From the NCBI GenBank assembly GCA_964482725.1, contig CAYZYT010000004.1, positions 104,063 through 168,062 of the forward strand: DNA of 64,000 bases, written 5' to 3'. A model generated the notes under the pieces. The model saw only the letters and a program-made list of their open reading frames with translations. It made no database searches and had not been told where the DNA came from. Shown here piece after piece: positions 1 to 12,500 of this stretch (the stretch's first letter is position 1; every line of letters begins with the position of its first letter). The DNA comes from an uncultured bacterium. Its GTDB lineage: Bacteria > Omnitrophota > Omnitrophia > Omnitrophales > Aquincolibacteriaceae. The position numbers and the translations under genes were made by a program.

Positions 1-225
1 CCAGGATTTCCCCGCGCCGGTTTCAAAAATTTTATGCTCCGAAGCGACGAGAAATTTTGTCGGATCAAGCGGATGGATTGTGAGGCAGGTGAGGGTGCCG
101 CCTGCCATGGAGGGCTGAAGTGGCTTTTGCCACTCCGCAGGGGCTGGCATTTGGAACATCAAAAGACAGAAAAGCGACAAAACAACTCCGGCGACCAACG
201 TTTTCTTTCTGATTTTCAGCATGGG
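1..225 (-). CDS. 5' end of a secreted hypothetical protein that runs off the window. N-terminus reads MLKIRKKTLVAGVVLSLFCLLMFQMPAPAEW...
   Basis: Reverse-strand reading from an ATG at 223-225 has an AAGGAG RBS 8 nt upstream and a signal-peptide-like N-terminus. The frame stays open to the window edge. It was not in the ORF track because it is truncated. Confidence 0.4.
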
Positions 226-540
226 CGAAGCTCCTTTTTATTTATAATTATCATAAAATATATTCATAAAAAATAAAACTGTCAACATTTTTTCATATTT
301 TATTCAAATAACGTCCTATAAGTAGCCTCAAGACCTTGTAAAAGCGGCATCCGGAGGGTACATTTTAGGAACCACAGAAGACGATTTTTAATCGCGTCTA
401 TTCTTAAAACTAAAAATATCCATTTACAAAGAAGTAACCCATCAATTTAAGCGTTTGTATAAGATAATTATTCGAAGGCAGGCCATCCTTTTCTCGCGTC
501 CGAGGCGTGGGAGGCGAGAAACCAAGAGTAAAAGGGAAAA

Positions 541-3500
541 ATGAGGGAGAGCTCTATTTTAAAACGAGTGATTAGCCTGGTCGTCGTTGTTTGCTTCCTG
601 ACAACGAACGCGATGGCTATGCCTGGTCAAACCCTGGATGGAGGATGGGGGATGGCGGGTGTAGAAAAAGCAAAAGCCATCTCTGTTCCCTCTGGGCTCG
701 GAAGTGTCGTGGAAACATATGACGCCTCAAAACAGGATGGCGGAAGGCGGAGGGAGGATGGCAACAAACTAAAAACCGAAGCTCCGTCCACCATCCTCCA
801 TCCTTCCCCCAGATTTGTTATTTACATCCAAGACGCGCACGACTCGCTCGAGGCTCAGGAAAATATCGCCGCCATGGTCCGGCACTGCGTGAAGGAATAC
901 GGCGTCAAAACCGTCTACGAAGAAGGTTATGAAGGCCCGGTCCCGACCGACAAGCTCTTTGGATCGATCCAGGATCCGGTTCTTAAGGAAAAGATCTCTT
1001 ACTACCTGATGGACAAGCTCCGCATCGGCGGCGCGGAGTATGCGCATATCAATCGGGCGGCGGAGCCGCCCTCCCGGGAAACGGCTAACGATGAACGGTT
1101 AACGATGCGTTCAGCGTTCCCCGTTCCCCGTTCCCCGGAAAGCGATTTTCAGCTTGTAGGTGCCGATTCGATCAGCCTCCATCTTGAGAACATCCGCGCC
1201 TACGAGCAGGCGGCGAAGAACCGTACAGGCGTGACGCAAGACATTCAGCGTATCCGCAAAGAACTTCAGAAGCTGGCTGACAAGAATTTCCCGAAGGAAA
1301 TGAAAGAATGGTTGAAGCTCAAAGAACGGTATCAGAACGGACAGCTGCCGCTCGTTGAATACTTGGCAAGAACCATGAAAATCCGGGAGACGGATGGAGG
1401 ATGGAGGATGGCGAAGGGCGTAAAGCCAGGTTTGCCGCCATCCGCCATCCACCCTCCGGCCCCCAGCGTTGAAGCCCTCCTCTCCGGTGATCCGAAAGCC
1501 ATCAAACAGATCGATCTGATGAAATTGATCGGGGAGATCCAAGCTCTCGAGAACGAGATCGTTGAGGCAGGTCTCCCGGCAGAAAGGGACCGGAAAACGT
1601 ACGGTTACTTCGAGAGCGTCATGCTCCTTGAAAAACTCAACAAGATCGAGCTCAGCCACGAGGAATTCACGTTCCTCAAAGATTCGCTCGAAGGCCTCAA
1701 GACCGAAGATGTTGCTCGCTTTATCGCGAAGGAAACCGGTCACTCGCTCGTACTTTTCAAGTCTTGGGAAAATCTAATTGCCGATTCGATCCATTTCTAC
1801 GAGCTGGCGAAGAAGCGCGATCAGGCAATCGAGAAAATCCTGACCAAGACTACAGACGAGAGACTAGAGACCAGCGACAAAAAAAGTCTCCTGTCTCCAG
1901 TCTCCGGTCTCGAGTCTCCAAAAACCAAAGCGGATATCTCCGTTTTGGTTTTTGGGGGTTTCCACAAAGAAGCCATCAAGCGGATCCTGAAGGAAAAAGG
2001 CATCAGCTACGTCATTTTGTCACCCTCGATCGGAAATCCCAGCAAGCGGCATGAGGATTATTACCGAATGTTGATGGGCGGGGGGAGGCATTCGTTTGAA
2101 CGAATGCAGGGTATCGGAGGGAGGATGGAGGATGGAGTAAAACAGAAAACAAAAGGTTTCTCGCCCTCCGCCAACCGTGGCGAGAGCGTTTCTCGCCAAA
2201 GCACCCGCGCTCAATCCGTTTTCACGATGAACTACGGTTCCACCGTCGATCTTCTTTCCAAAACCGCCGCGCCATTCCGCAACGAACTTCGGCAGGATTT
2301 TATTTTAAAGATGGACCTCGCTATTCAGGGACGGTTCTTGAATGCCGGGGCTGAGGCCAAAGAACCGTCCCTGGTTGACAATTCTGCCAAACGCTCCGAA
2401 GTGCGGCAAATGTTGCAACAAGGCCCGGCAACCAAGCGCGACGGATTTATTTCCGCAGCCTGGAAAAAGCAGCGGGCGAAGCTCCTGCAAAGCGCCAATT
2501 ACCGGCTGCTGGAATACATGATTCACCAGACCGACCTTTCCGAGCGTCAGAAAAAAGGGTACCTCTATCTTTGGGAAACGATGATGCTTTTGATCCCGCT
2601 CACCAACGGAGTCAAGATCCCCGCAAGCGCTTGGGCGGTGTCTTTGGCGATCGCTCATCCTGCTTTTACGATCCTTCCGGCGATCATTTGGTGCACCTTG
2701 AGTTCGGTCCTTCGCGCCATTTTTGTGATACCGCCTTTCGCTTTTTACTATCGCTTCAGGGTCAGGGAGCTCGTGCTGGCGAACTTTCTTCCGTTCGGCG
2801 CCGCTTTTGTCGCCGTGCCGACGCAGGTGCTTGCGATCATGCGCGAAGAATACAAGCGGTTCGGGGACCTGTCTTTTAAACAGCTGGCGAAGCTTCACGA
2901 GACCGTGATCCGAAAAGTTCTTGAGGAAAATCCCAAGGATGAAGCGCTGCTCGCGCGGACTCCGGAGCTGACTTTCCGGCTGCTCGAATGGCGTTCCCGG
3001 AAGTACGGGGCCGATGCGGCAAAAGCGCTGCTGCTTCCGGCAAGGCTCACGGACCTTCTTCAAGAGGCTGACCCGAGCAAAGCTGCGTTGTCTGCACAAC
3101 GAGCAACGGCGTTAGCGAAAACGGTCATCTTCTTTCCTCCGTCAGGGTTTCACCAGGCCGGCTCAAGGGGGAGCGCTCTTTATGAAAATTCCGCGACCAT
3201 CAAGCGGCTTTACGAGAGAGTCAATCAAAAGGCGCGGGAAATTCTCGGGGATCCTGCCTTCGATATTTTTGACGTTTCCTTCAACCAGACCGAAGAGGAT
3301 TATTTGCGGGGTAACAATGCCGTCGCGGTGCATCTGGCCATTGCAACCCATCACATGGCCTTATGGGAAAGCCTGAAGGAAAAATATCCGGAAGCCGGCC
3401 GGCCCGGAGCGGTTCTTGGCGCGAGCCGGGGAGCGGATGCGGCCTATTATGCGAGCGGAGCGCTCGGCTTGGAAGATACCGTCGAGCTTGCGGTCCGGAA

Positions 3501-6500
3501 CATTCAGTTCTTGAAAAAAGCGTCCGAGCTTTCGGGTTCCCGGAGGATCGGAAGTGTTTCCCGTCTTTCCCGGGAAACATTGGAGGCCCTGCTAGCTCCG
3601 GAAGAAGGCGCGATCGCGGTTCAATATTCGAAAAATCTTTTCGCTGTTTCTTACAGGAAAGACTCTTTCGAAAAACTCGAACAAGATATCAAATCGGCGG
3701 GAGGCGTTCTCAGAAAAACGCTCCTCAGCGTGTCGAGCCATGATCCTCATCTTCTCACGCCGGAAACAAAGCCGCTCTTTGAAGAATACCAAGCGTTCCT
3801 CGAGGGATTTAAAGCGCGCATTCGTCTGCCCTCTCTGAAGCTTTTCTCGGCACTCGAGCCAGGGAAAGAGCTTAAGACGCCCGAAGACATCCTGAGCGAA
3901 GAGGTGCGTTACACCACCCAGGCGATTCCGCTGGACCGCTCTTTCGCCGACCTCTTGCAAGGAGCGGGACTGCAGAATGTTTTGGGGCTCGGCTATGAAA
4001 AGGATTATTTCATCCAGGCCCTTCAAAAGGAAGGGACGGTGTCCGGGGATGTTCGTGTGGCGCAAGCGGCCGACCTCGCGGATTATGGATCTTTTTGGAA
4101 TCTTTTCTCTCGGACAGAAAACGTAGGCGCAGCCGGTACCGTACGCTCCGAAGTGCGGGCCGCCAATGATCCGAAAGATATATTCGAAGGCGAGCCTCGC
4201 CTCTCCGTCGAGAGGCGGGATGGAAATGTTCTTTCAGGGGATGCCCGAACCCTCTCCGGCGGAAGGGTTTTGAGTTGGGATGAGGCCGTGCAGCACGCCC
4301 CGGAACTAGCCCGAAGGGTGGCTCTGAGCGGAGGCTTTGCCGGTTTTTTTACGCATCTTGGCAGAGCCTGGAATGATCCCTACAGGGAAATCGACCCAGC
4401 GATCGTCGAGCGTTATTTTGAAAACGTGCGAGCCTGGGGTCGCAAGGAAAATGGCGTCGTTTTCATTCTTGGCGGAGTTCCGGAAAAAATCGGCGAGCTT
4501 TTTACGCAGGCGGTGGTAATTCATATCCCCAATGTCCCTGACAACGATCCGATCCCGTTGATCGCCGGGAAGGAATCTTTTGATCCCATGGTTGAGCTGA
4601 TGAAAAAGATAGGTGTTCGCGGGATTCTTCCCTATGGCGGAGAGTATGCCCGCTTCGATGAACAAGGGCGGGTGTTACAAGGGTTTGATCCGGGGCTTGG
4701 TTGCGCAGGCGGACCGCTTTTTATTTTGAGCCGCTTTTTTGCTGTTCACGTATACCCTCAACTGCTTTTGGGAGGTTTGATCAATAAGCACTTGGGTGTG
4801 GCGGGTCTTCCACTTGAAACCGGAAAATATCTCACGGAACCCCGCTCGGAAATCCGGAATATCCCAGCAGGTTCGAAGCTTTCGCGACGGGAAGCTTTCC
4901 GGTGGGCGGCCTTATTCGATGAAGAGTTGAGTCAACGGGGACGCGCGCTCGTGTCGGCAGCGACGAAAGAAAAACTTTCCGTGAAGAGGGATACCCTTTT
5001 AGGGGGCGTGAATCGCTACAGCGCTCCGGAGAAAACCGCCATCCTTTCTTTTCGCGACAAGGATTCTCTGGGCCAGATCTATCTTCTTTTTCTGGATCGG
5101 GAAAACCGCCCCGCAGGCTATGGGTCTCTTTACAGCTCCGGAAAGGACAAGCCCGTCGTCGTATCCTTCCACATCTTTTCGGAATTCAGAGGCCGCGGGC
5201 TCGGCGAGGATTTCTGGAATGCGATCAAAAGCTTTCTCAAACAAAACGGCATGGGGTATGTCCCTGAGAAAGTTTACTTCCCGCCCGTTTCATGGTTTGC
5301 GGAGCGCGGTCTGGGGGACGATTTCAAAAATTCAGGCGTCCAGGAATTTCTGGTCAAAATGGGTTTTAAGCCTGTCGGAGTGAAGCCTTCCGCCACGCCC
5401 GGAGATGTGGCCTTTCTTTATAACTTGGGCGATGGGGAAAAGCCTCAGGCCGGAGTCGCGCGAAGTGAGGCCCGGTCTTCAAACGAAAGCCGGGAGCAGC
5501 TGACGGACGCAGGGATGGATCAATACGCCTTTTTTTACTGGAACAATAATAGTCAGTTCGATGCCATCCCGTACACGCTTGAAAAGCCGTTGTGGGAGTG
5601 GAGGGCCGGGGATATTTTTGTTGTCGAAAGCAGAGAAAAAACCGAGACCTATCTGCTTTTGGAGCAAACGGATTTTGGCGTTGTGACCTTTACTTCGCCT
5701 AGGGATTTTGGAGAGCCTGAAAGACGGAATATCCGTGAGTGGAGGATGGACTTTGGGCGAGATCTCGACCGGGGTGCCAGGATCACGGTCCGAAGGTATT
5801 ACGATGCCGGCAAGATCCCGACACTGCTCCATTTTGCGAATGAGGGACGTTTAGAGCCGGACACGCTCCGAGCTTATTACAAGCGGATCATTCTCGGGGT
5901 TTTGATTATCGCCGCGCCTCCGGTTTTGGGGCTGTATATGTTTGGCCTTTTAAAGCCGTGGTTCATCTCGATGGTTTTAGGAGTTCTGGCGCTGGCTCTT
6001 CTGGCGGGTCCCGTTCTTTTCCGATTTAAAGCGGGTAGTTTTATTTTCGATCTTAACCAAGCGCTTCCTTTCCGGATCCCGCCGCCGGGGACGAAACTTT
6101 CCAAGTTTGAATCCTGGAGAATGAATTTCCCGTCCTCTTCCGCCCGATCGGAAGCGCGTCTCTCGCGAGGGACAAGCCCGGAGCCTACGGCCGCCGGAGA
6201 ACAGGCTCTGGGAAAAGGTCCCCGGGAGGCGGAATGGCCCGAAGTCAGCCGCCAGTTCAGATCCCTGAATCCCTACAATATTCACAATATGCCGAGCGCC
6301 GTGCTTTCGGAATTGGCGTCGGAGATAGCGAACAAGTTAAACGTTTATGTTTTTGTCAGGAAAAATCACAGCGGCAAACGATGGATGAGTCAGGTTATGG
6401 AGATTTTGAGTCTGAGGATCGTTTATGACCAGGATATCGAAGTTTACGTGAAAGGTCGCCAGACTCCGGAAGTTTTAAACGCTACGTTGGACCTGGTTGA

Positions 6501-9500
6501 AAGGGCCATGCAGGATTGGAAAATGCTCGAGGAGTCGACGAAGGAAAATCCTCTTTATGACGCCTATCTTCGGGAGATCGACCAGATCGCGCAGGGATCT
6601 GCGACCCGTACTTTGAAAGCAGCTTATCGGACTTTTTCAGATGCGGCGATTAGCCGCGCGATCGATGCGGTGGATTATAACCACGGAGAGATCGATCCTG
6701 CGACGGGGGAAGCCAAACGGGATGAAGTCACGGATGCGGCCTTCCGCCGCTTGGACGCGCTCTATGAGGCCGTGCCTGGAGTGATCACGGTCCCGCGGAG
6801 TGAGTTCATGGGCTTCTTCGGAAAACGCCAGCCGGAATTCGCAGCGAATAAAGACAGGCTCATCAAACCCTTCTCGGCCTTGAGCGACGCAGAAAAAACC
6901 GCGCTTGTTCGGTGGAATGAAATCCGCCGTTCAGAAGCGCGGGATGTCCCGGAAGTGGCGCAGACGCAAGGGAGCCGGGAGGAGCAGGAAGACCGGTTCG
7001 TGAATGAAAAGATCTCGCTTGGTGCGGTTCCGCACGGGGAAGGTAGGCTTCTGGCCGTGATGGATGGACATGGCGGCGATGAGGTCTCGGAAATGTTGCG
7101 GGCGAATCTCGAGCGCGTTTTTAAAGACTCTATGCTCCGGAAAAACGGAGATGTCCAGCAAGCCTTACAAGAAGTTTTTGGTCGCTTACAAAAGATGGCT
7201 GCGGGATCGGAGTCGGGGTCCACGCTTTCGCTGGCCTATGTTCCGGAAGATGAAAAAGCCGCTTATGTCATGATCGTCGGCGATTCTCCGGTTTATGTCC
7301 GGAAGAACGGAAGGCTTATTTCCTTTCCGGAGCACAATCTTTCGAATCCCGTGGAAGTGATCACGCAGCAACAAAGGGCGTCGAGCGCCGGGAAAAAATT
7401 CCGCGTCGATTATGATTTTAAAAGGGAGAATGGAAAGGATCTGCTACGGAAAATCGGAACGACCGAGAATACCAGTCTTGCCATCACGCGCGCCTTCGGG
7501 AATAAATCCTTTCAAGGTCTTCTGATCGGCGAACCTTCCATTCTGAAGACCGATCTGAGCGACGCGCAGGGGCCGGTCGAGGTCCTTCTCGGCACGGATG
7601 GGATCTATGGTTTTCATGGGAATGACTCGAAGATTCAAAGAGACGCGAGGGCTGGCTATCTTCTTTCCAGAGGGACTGATGCGGCGGGGATCGTCCAGTC
7701 GGCCGGCAGCGCAAATGCTTCCGACAATGTAACGGTTCTCCTCTGGAAATTCGATCCCAACACCGTCCGCTCCGAGATGCGGCAGGACATCCATAGTCCT
7801 GCACGCACTGGTGCTGGGACCAGGGAAGTCCCAGCCGAGATGCGGCAGGACATCCATAGTCCTGCACGCACTGGTGCTGGGACCAAGGAAGTCCCAGCCG
7901 AGCTGCGCGGCGCGGAAAAGCCCGATGATCGGGAGTCCTGGACCCGGTTTTTGAATACCTATGCCCCGGCCCTGTCAGGGTTTGGCGGAACTTCCTTGGA
8001 GCAAGTCTGGAGGGAAATTTTCGAAAACACGCCGGAACATGCGCGAATCCTTGATCTGGCGACCGGGAACGGAGCGGTGGCGGGACTGGCCGCCGCCATG
8101 GCCGCGAAATTTTTTGAGGTTTGGGCCATCGATTCCGCCGAGCCCAAGGTCATTCCTCAGGGCGTCAACTTCCGAAAGGCGTCGATGGAGACATTTTCCG
8201 GGACGACGGATATGCCGGCCGATCTGGACCTTGTGACGGGACAATTTGCGATCGAATACGGAGAGACAGACCGGGTTCTCGGAGAAATTCATCGCGCCAT
8301 GAAAGCGGGAGGCAAAGGCGTTTTCATCATCCATCACAAAAACTCGTTCTGGGCGGAGCGGGCGAAATCCCTTTTGGAGCAGACAGACTGGGTGAAGAAG
8401 GCCGGGATCTTTGAAAGGATACGGCAATGGGTTCAAGATCCGTCCGAAGAGAAGCGAGGGCGATTCGAAGCGGTTCTGGACGTGCTCCGATCTGAAATAA
8501 GCAAACGAAGAGCCCAAAAAAGTGAAAATGACGTTCTGTCGAGTATTTTCCGTATCGCAAATACGACCTTTGAGGCGGTCCGGAATGGAAAACTTTCCGG
8601 ATTGGCCGAGCAGATCCAAGAAGTCGAGGAACAGTGGAACAATACGGTCTGGGTGAAGGAGCATATGATCCACGCCGCCTTTGACGGAGAGGCTATGGCC
8701 CGCTTCAAAACGGCGATTGAAGCGCGCGGTTTCCAGGTGGTAGGGATCGAGCCCTGGCAGATCCGGGGAACAATCCGGACGGAAGAGCAGGACCTGCTTG
8801 TCGGCTGGCGCGTCGAGATCCAAAAGCCCGGAATTTTATCTCCGGAAACCCGGCAGGAGAGGGATTGGATCAAGGAAGTCCAGTGGCCGGATCCGGAGGC
8901 GGCGCTTCGAGCGAATGATGGGCCATTCCATATCCCAAGCAAAGAGGATGAGGCGCTACAGATTTTTCTCGACTCCGGAAAGGGGACGCCGGACTATGCG
9001 TTAAACCAAAAAGCGGAATACCTCGGGAAATTATTAAATATCCTCGGAGCGTTGGACAAGACGCGTCTTTGGTGGGGAACCGGAAACGAAGAAAACTGGT
9101 CTGGCTGGGTGAAACATTCTTTCGCGAATTATTTGAACAACCTGCTGGCCCTCGTGGGGTTTTCTTTGCGAAACGAAGATCCTTTGTCGGAACAATCCGC
9201 CAAGGACCTCAAAGAGCAAATAGAATTTGCGGATGCGATATGGAGCGCCCGCAAGGAGCTCGCGGCATCTGTCGCCAACAATTTTAAGAACTACCCCGAA
9301 ATACTTCAGCCGGCTCCGGAGGGCAAAGGTCTCTCAAAGGAAAATACGTTTTCGAGGATCGAACTTAACTTTGCGTTCCCGCACAAAGTGTTTGTCGCAA
9401 GTCCCAATGCTGAGCGGAATCGCGCCATTTATGCGGAGGCCCTCCGCCGCATGGAAGGCCCCTTTCAGGAGATCCTCAAGCTGGCCCGGGAGCAACTTTC

Positions 9501-12500
9501 GGAGTATGAAAAAGGAACTGCCTTGCCCGCGGAACCTAAAAAAGATAAACGCTCCGAGGTTCGTGATCCCCAGGCATTCTTGGAAAACACCGGTCCGGTC
9601 GATGCCGAGCAGTTTGAACGGATGATCCTCGGAAAAAGATTCGATGACCTTGCTCCGGAACAGCGGGCTCGTTTTATCGAGTTTATTCGTTCCAGGAATC
9701 TGCATAATTTGGCGCCTTCTTTACAACGTTTGATCCTCGACCACGTTCAGCGTCACGCCGGTGAAGAGAACGACGAGATGAAAGCTCTCTGGAGCTGCAC
9801 GCTTCGCCTTGAACCGGGCAGCGCGGAGATCTATCGCCAAGAAGTTAGCATCCTCCGGAGTTCCGTGGCGCCGCTTGCAAAAAAAGTGTCTGAAGGGTAC
9901 TCGATCGTGACGGTCGAAGAATCCTCGAAAGGGATCCGGACTCAAACAAATCTCTCGAAAACAAAGACCGAAGATCCTTCTGCGGAGGTTTGGGAATTTC
10001 TGATCCCGGACCAAGTGGAGACCTCGGGCGGTGTTTATACGATCGCGAAACCGGGAACGGACGCCGTGGTGATCGGCTCCGGGGGTTCCGGAAGCGTGGT
10101 CATCCGGGCTCGAAAACAGGACGGTACGCCCGTGGCCATGAAGATCATTAAAGAAGACGGGAAGAGTATGCACCGCTTTTTCCTCGAATACCTGATGACG
10201 CTTCGCTTCAAAGGCGATCCGAACATTATTCAGGTCTATGATTCCGGCCGCTATGTGGTCCAGGCCCAGAGATTTTATTTTATTATGGAAGAATACGGAG
10301 AACGCACGCTTGCCGACGAGGTGCGGGCTCGTTCTAAGAAGCTTGGGGAAGGCGTGGAAATTTTCTCCCCGCCCGAAAGACGTAAGATCGCCAACGAGAT
10401 GATCGACATTCTGCAGACCTTGTACGCCGCGCGGATCCTGCACCGGGACGTCAAAGCTGACAATCTGTTCTATTCGGGAGGACGTTTGAAGCTGGGGGAT
10501 TTCGGGATCGCCCGCTGCTTGCCCCAGGAAAAAGATGAAATAAATTCCGATGCGCTTGAGGGAACACCGACGCATATCCCCGTCGAATCCTTTGCCGGTG
10601 CGAGCGGGTTCTACAACGATCTTTACGAGTTTGCGATGACCATGGCTTTTCTGGATCCCTCGACTCTCGCAGACGATTTCGGCGCGACGACCCGTGGTCA
10701 GATGCGGAGGGTGTCCGTTCCCACCAGCATGTTCACGAAGAACCTCGCCGGCTTGGCCCAAACGGATGCGGCGTACAAAAAATTCTACGAGATGCGGGAA
10801 TTCAGCAAAAAAACCCTGGCCGGAACGCTTGTCAGGCTTGAACGGAGCCAAGATCCATTTACCCAGCTTGTCGTACGACCGATCCTTGACCGGGAACATT
10901 ACCAGGACTCTCCGCGCAATGCACAGGAGCTGGATCAACTGGCCGCCTCTGTTTTTTTTATCGAAAAGACAACAGATCTGATCCGCGAAGGGCAGCCGGC
11001 AGAAGCGCGGAGGTATGTCGCAGCGTTGCTTGGAGAGGGGAGCACGTTCGCTACTTATCCGATCGTTCGGGAAAAAGTCGAAGAACTCCGTCTTGCCGCG
11101 GAAGCAAGTTCAGTTCGTTCCGAGATGAGGAACGGCAAGACCTCAACAAAGCCAGCCATGATCGAGCGGAAGGCCGAGGGAAAAGGAAGGATCTGGATCG
11201 CCGAACTGAAATATCCGAGAAAAATGCTGTCTCTGGGGGTGCGTTATGCCGGGAAAACGCTCAAGCTCTATCCTTATGATGAGGACTGGAAGAAAGGGAC
11301 GCTGATCTTTGACGAAGAAGAGCCGATCGCTGTTTATGTCTCCCAAGAGGATCTTTTTTCCGTGCTTGAAGAGGAGACAACCACCGACGCGAAAGGACGT
11401 TTTATCCGTGAGGGTTTGCGTTATAACCTCGGTGAAAATAAGGCCCATCTAAAGATCAGCCTCCGGCCTTTTGAAACGCCGGACTGGAAGACCGGTGTGA
11501 GGATTTTTGAAGGTCAGGCCGAGATCGCTTATCACGACGCGAAAAGGAACCGCACGGTCAACCTGATCTCCATCGCGCCCTTTAGACGTTCGGGGGCTCG
11601 GGAGGTCGGGACAGCGGACCTCCGGGACGTGCCTCACGTGCACCGGAAAGATCTCTGGAAGACGGGTTTGTATGGGAGCGAAGAGTTAAAGCAGATCCTA
11701 AAAGCCATGCTTGAGTCGGAAGACATTGTTTTCGATGAGCGGAGATATAAGGTTAGCCTTTATGCGCTTCCGGCCGAAGAGCTTGTTGCGCTGATGGATT
11801 ATCTTCGCGCTCAAAGGATCCGCGTTAACGGATATTTATATCGGGAACTTCTTCAAGAACATCAGGAAGACATGGCCCGGTATATCGAAAAGACGAGAGC
11901 CGCGGGTAGCGATCTGAAATATCTCGGTGCCCCTGCCTACCAGTTGTATGCCGATCTTTTGCCAGCCGCCGAAGAAGTGAACCCGAGCCTTTATGTTGAT
12001 AGCCAGCCGCCCCGATATCACGACGACGTCTTCAGCTCTCTAAAAAAAGAATACAGGGCACAGCTTCAAGAGATCCGGCGGCAGGGAGACAAGATCGGAC
12101 TGGCGGTTCACGGAGTGCGCGAGTGGAAATGGCGCGACATGTCCGGGCAAAGCCGGGACCGGGAGATCGGCATGGATGACGGCAAAATGAGATTTTTGAA
12201 CGTGCTCTTGGAGGGCAGGATCCGGAATTTTACGATGCCCTTCTCTTTTTCCAAGCTGAAGGTGGATGTCGGTTATCTGGATACGGAACACGACACGAAT
12301 TTCAGCGACCGGGGAGATGCCGGGACCTATGGCCCTTACTATATCCTTCTGGACCCGAGGTGGAGGCATGACGCGCAGGGAGGCATCGGCGAAGAGCACC
12401 ATAAATATTATCTTGTGCCGAATGACTCGATGCGAAAGTTCCTGACCGGCGGGCTCGAACAGGCTCTTGCGGGCGGGCTGATCGATCCGGAGCGGTTGGA

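Noticed and set aside
34-276. 80-aa plus-strand ORF at the window start.
   Set aside because: It has an implausible low-complexity product and overlaps a better-supported minus-strand gene start that has an AAGGAG RBS.
7774-7899. Possible CRISPR array, considered because of the perfect direct repeats. I also considered this for the palindromic elements at 735-2178 and in the pst operon.
   Set aside because: There are only two adjacent 63-bp copies with no spacers. They are in frame in a CDS. The other elements are dispersed palindromes, not repeat-spacer arrays. No cas genes are in the window.
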